From a plasmid: a DNA stretch of 8,411 nt. Location: sequence record NZ_CP082907.1; one strand, given 5' to 3'. Made by a program: the position numbers and the translations under genes. The notes under the pieces were generated by a model. The model did no database searches. It saw only the letters and a program-made list of their open reading frames with translations, and was not told the DNA's origin. Positions 6,131 through 8,411 of the stretch are shown in pieces; position 1 is the stretch's first letter; each line of letters starts with the position of its first letter.

Positions 6131-6364
6131 TCACCGTATGGGCGTCAAAGGCTGCAGTGACAGTAATCCCTGTAAAGACAGGTCCTCATTCAGTTCACTC
6201 CAGTGAATGCCGCGCGGACTCAGCTCAAAACTTGCCAGCTGTTCAGCGCTGGCATTCTGCAGCGCAGGAAAGTACGTCAGAGGCACGCCCAGCACGCGAC
6301 CATCGCTCAGCTGCAGCCACATGTTGTAGGGATCAAATTTTGCCGATTTGATGGATACGCTCAT
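6131..6364 (-). CDS. DUF2442-family protein, 77 aa.
   Basis: MSVSIKSAKFDPYNMWLQLSDGRVLGVPLTYFPALQNASAEQLASFELSPRGIHWSELNEDLSLQGLL matches the DUF2442 pattern (DGR..PL..FP.L..A..EQ......G.GIHWP.LDEDLS..GLL). The minus strand reads ccGGAGGtcgtgATG. Confidence 0.75.
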   Translation of the reverse strand: MSVSIKSAKFDPYNMWLQLSDGRVLGVPLTYFPALQNASAEQLASFELSPRGIHWSELNEDLSLQGLLSLQPLTPIR

Positions 6365-6594
6365 CACGACCTCCGGTTGACCGTCACGAATTTACGTTGA
6401 TAGTATGCCCGGGTAGTCCTGTCGTCCATGACGACCACCAATGATCCCACGGCCTGAGAGGATCGCCTTCGGGTGGCTGTACAGAACACTCCCGCAGCCT
6501 GAAAGGGAGAACGCAAAGCGTGGTACATCTGCCCGCCCCTGGAAGCAGATATCGTCACAAACAGCGCACCTACGACGCGACGATGAGGGTACAT
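6364..6594 (-). CDS. Hypothetical ORF of 76 aa whose stop overlaps the DUF2442 start codon (TGATG); an alternative start at 6528 gives 54 aa after an AGGGG RBS. It does not look like DUF4160, the usual DUF2442 partner.
   Basis: The frame stays open up to a one-nucleotide stop/start overlap with the downstream gene. Basic and Arg-rich (TATRRRSSQAV...YYQRKFVTVNRRS). The sequence region is GC rich, so a chance ORF is possible. Confidence 0.35.
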   Translation of the reverse strand: MYPHRRVVGALFVTISASRGGQMYHALRSPFQAAGVFCTATRRRSSQAVGSLVVVMDDRTTRAYYQRKFVTVNRRS

Positions 6595-7160
6595 TTCACA
6601 ATGCAGTGACCGGCACCGACCGTCCTGTCATCCGCTGCCGGCAGTCATAACCACGACAGCCCGCTACACCCTGCGATCACCATTACGTCTTCCGGAAAGC
6701 ACCTGTTTGCAGAGGCAAACGCGCCTCCGGACTGAACGGCGTCACTTTGGTTCGAGTGAAACGAGAACAAAGTGACGCGTGAAAAAACCACGCTGCAGCC
6801 CCTGCGGTACAACGCCTGACAGCGATTTCCACAATCTGACGTGCACGTATTACGTGTTTTCATGCGCCCTGAACGGGCTTTTAACCACAACGCTGCCGGC
6901 GCGACCGCAGGCAGGTTTCATTAAGAAAGGAAAAAGAACGGCTCGGTATCGATGGCGACACCAGGAGACTGGTGTGTGGAGGGAGTCTGACGCAAGTCAG
7001 CCCGGCGTAAGCCGCGAACAGGTCAGCGACCTGGGGAAACCTCGCAAGAACTCAACAATTCGTCACCCCGATGCACAGATACCAGCCGGGACGCAGGAAG
7101 CGCAAAAGCAACCGCGCCGTCGGGGCCAGAATTACCGGAAAAGCAGGTGCTGTCAGCCGG

Positions 7161-7562
7161 CTATTTCCAGAACTGCCACCATTTGCCAGCAGGCAAAACG
7201 GGCAGTGCTGTCTCTTTTTTATGTTCGAGGAGATGCAGGGACTGCTTAAGGCTGTCGATATGCGACTCCTGAGCAGAAACCAGTGTACGGAGGTGTTCAA
7301 CTTCCTGTTTCAGGCTATGAACGAGTTGTTCATTAGCTGTATAAGACACTGTAACACGCTGTCCAGATACTTGTTCTTCTGGCTGTTCAACCGTAGTTGA
7401 AGAGATATCGCCGAAAACACGAATAAGCTCTGATATGTCTATCATTTTTGAGTTGCGTACACCTGCGCAGGTAGACAGTTCACCTGTTTTTATAAGCCTG
7501 TGCAGCGTTGTCCTGCTTTTACCTGTAAGCCTGGCGGCCTCACTGATAGATACTTTCGCCAT
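7161..7562 (-). CDS. HTH_17/excisionase-like DNA-binding protein with a C-terminal coiled coil, 133 aa.
   Basis: MAKVSISEAARLTGKSRTTLHRLIKTGEL fits the Xis/MerR-like HTH_17 pattern. EQLVHSLKQEVEHLRTLVSAQESHIDSLKQSLHLLEHKKE is a heptad-like helix. Starts 10 nt after the rop stop. Confidence 0.65.
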   Translation of the reverse strand: MAKVSISEAARLTGKSRTTLHRLIKTGELSTCAGVRNSKMIDISELIRVFGDISSTTVEQPEEQVSGQRVTVSYTANEQLVHSLKQEVEHLRTLVSAQESHIDSLKQSLHLLEHKKETALPVLPAGKWWQFWK

Positions 7563-7572
7563 GCGGATACCG

Positions 7573-7752
7573 TTATTCCTGATTTAACTTTGCCAGAAGG
7601 CAGGCATGAAGGCGCTCGGCATCCTCATGAAGCCGTTCGCACATGTCCGCTTCCGTATCCAGGTCCAGCTCGTTGAGCTTCTCCAGCAGAAGCAGGCTTT
7701 GCCCCTGAATGAATTTTGCCATGTTCAGCGCAGTTTTTTGCTGTTTCGTCAT
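7573..7752 (-). CDS. rop: Rop/Rom RNA I-RNA II kissing-complex modulator protein, 59 aa.
   Basis: MTKQQKTALNMAKFIQGQSLLLLEKLNELDLDTEADMCERLHEDAERLHACLLAKL against pMB1 Rop as recalled from memory, MTKQEKTALNMARFIRSQTLTLLEKLNELDADEQADICESLHDHADELYRSCLARF. DNA-level homology is also evident. RBS ggag. Confidence 0.9.
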   Translation of the reverse strand: MTKQQKTALNMAKFIQGQSLLLLEKLNELDLDTEADMCERLHEDAERLHACLLAKLNQE

Positions 7753-7882
7753 CAGACGCTCCGTTGCGTACGTACCATATGCTGAAAACAGGTGAAATGA
7801 CGCTTCCTCGGTTCCCCTGGCTGCGCCAGACGAACACTGCGGCGAGCGTTACCGGCTAACGACGAAAAGGCTTAGGCTTGCT

Positions 7883-8095
7883 CTAGGTAAACTCAGCAGC
7901 CTGACGTTCTTCAGCCCGTGCCTGTTTAGCGGCTTTCGCTTCACGTTGTCCCAGCAGCTGCTCACGGGCAACACGCAACACCTCTTTTTTTTCCGGCCCG
8001 GACAGCTTTTTGCCTTTTGCCCGTTCCGCTGCAAAGACAGCATCATCAAGGAACTGCTTTTCAGTCTTAGATACAACATGCAGGCGACCAGCCAT
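7883..8095 (-). CDS. Probable ribbon-helix-helix (CopG/Arc/ParD-like) small DNA-binding protein, 70 aa, immediately downstream of ori in the RNA II direction.
   Basis: The minus strand reads ctGGAGGatttATG. RLHVVSKTEKQFLDDAVFAAERAKGKKLSGPEKKEVLRVAREQLLG has a beta-alpha-alpha RHH-like pattern and a charged tail. No adjacent toxin ORF. Confidence 0.5.
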   Translation of the reverse strand: MAGRLHVVSKTEKQFLDDAVFAAERAKGKKLSGPEKKEVLRVAREQLLGQREAKAAKQARAEERQAAEFT

Positions 8096-8154
8096 AAATC
8101 CTCCAGGTCAATGTCAACAGCGCCCCCCTTTCCCCCCGAGCCTGGTCCCCGGAA

Positions 8155-8175
8155 CCCCGGTTTTCCATAGGCTCC
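8155..8175. other. ori: Replication origin (primer RNA/DNA transition region) of the ColE1-type replicon.
   Basis: ggttttccataggctccgcc corresponds to the pMB1 ori point ggcgtttttccataggctcc. Confidence 0.6.
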
Positions 8176-8411
8176 GCCCTCCTGACGAGCATCACAGAAA
8201 TCTGCCGATTCCCGGTGCTCAAATCAGAAGGGGCGAAACCCGACAGGACTTAAAGATACCGGACGTTTCCATCCGGTGGCTCCCTCGTGCGCTCTCCTGT
8301 TCCCACCTTACAGCTTAGCCCGTGTCTTTCCGCTGTTATGGCCGCGTTTTCTCATACCACGCCTGACACTGGGTGCTGCTTAGGTGGTTCGCTCCAAGCT
8401 GGACTATATGC
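8163..8411 (-). ncRNA. RNAII: RNA II 3' portion, ending at the RNA-DNA transition (ori).
   Basis: 8161-8411 aligns with pMB1 tttttccataggctccgcccccctgacgagc...gttcgctccaagctgg. The total length from ~300 to ~8163 around the circle is ~550 nt, matching the ~555-nt ColE1 primer. Confidence 0.7.

Noticed and set aside
6118-6400. Plus-strand ORFs antisense to the DUF2442 gene.
   Set aside because: Antisense artefacts.
6645-7400. ORFs 6645-6890 (-), 6779-7249 (+), 7052-7300 (-) and 7071-7400 (+).
   Set aside because: The products are Arg/Cys-rich, typical of random frames in GC-rich DNA. The latter two overlap the HTH_17 gene in wrong frames.
7766-7776. GTACGTAC palindrome in the rop 5' region, sharing an 8-mer with the 5056-5075 palindrome.
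   Set aside because: Only an 8-bp palindromic core is shared, which is expected by chance at this sequence length. The flanks do not match.
7625-8079. ORFs 7625-7837 (-) and 7849-8079 (-).
   Set aside because: The first is an out-of-frame overlap of rop. The second is an alternative frame of the RHH gene, which itself has the GGAGG RBS and a protein-like translation.
7946-8318. Plus-strand ORFs 7946-8170 and 8010-8318 crossing the origin.
   Set aside because: They lie over the ori/RNA II region, which is homologous to non-coding pMB1 sequence. Pro-rich junk.
1-8411. Scan for CRISPR arrays, tRNA/rRNA, transposase or integrase genes, and IS terminal inverted repeats.
   Set aside because: No regularly spaced direct repeats, no cloverleaf-capable segments, and no ORF with DDE or tyrosine-recombinase-like translation were seen.

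Overview
The window appears to be a complete small ColE1-family plasmid of about 8.4 kb, linearised inside its replication origin. The last ~250 nt and the first ~300 nt are contiguous and match the pMB1/ColE1 ori segment. Two pMB1 sequences reproduced from memory support this: the window ends with ...gctccaagctggactatatgc and begins acgaactccccgtttagtccgac..., where pMB1 reads gctccaagctgggctgtgtgc|acgaaccccccgttcagcccgac; and ccataggctccgccctcctgacgagcatcac sits at 8164-8194. Replication functions are RNA II (minus strand, from ~300 through coordinate 1 and 8411 to the ori at ~8163), RNA I (188-295, plus), and a clear rop/rom homologue (7573-7752, minus). Rop lies in a minus-strand gene string RHH-protein / rop / HTH-coiled-coil protein that is co-directional with RNA II. 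A cer-like XerCD multimer-resolution site sits at 4710-4737, and two further copies of its XerD-arm-plus-central-region 19-mer lie in direct orientation at 2079 and 2782, which suggests Xer-mediated module shuffling. Cargo: (i) a nemA-like Old Yellow Enzyme flavin oxidoreductase with a downstream ArsR-family regulator, under a near-consensus sigma70 promoter; (ii) an acidic 146-aa orphan protein in an Xer-flanked cassette; (iii) a YciG-like KGG-repeat stress protein; (iv) a 59-aa zinc-ribbon protein; (v) a 213-aa protein with glycine-zipper-like amphipathic segments, translationally overlapped with a 69-aa two-TM protein, which I read as a candidate novel membrane toxin/immunity or defence pair; (vi) a DUF2442 protein translationally coupled (TGATG overlap) to an unrecognised upstream ORF. 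No transposase, integrase, CRISPR array, tRNA or rRNA was seen. Two GC-rich non-coding blocks of ~520 and ~560 bp may hold cer accessory sequences and a relic bom/oriT-like region. All protein-family calls are from reading the translations by eye, with no database search.
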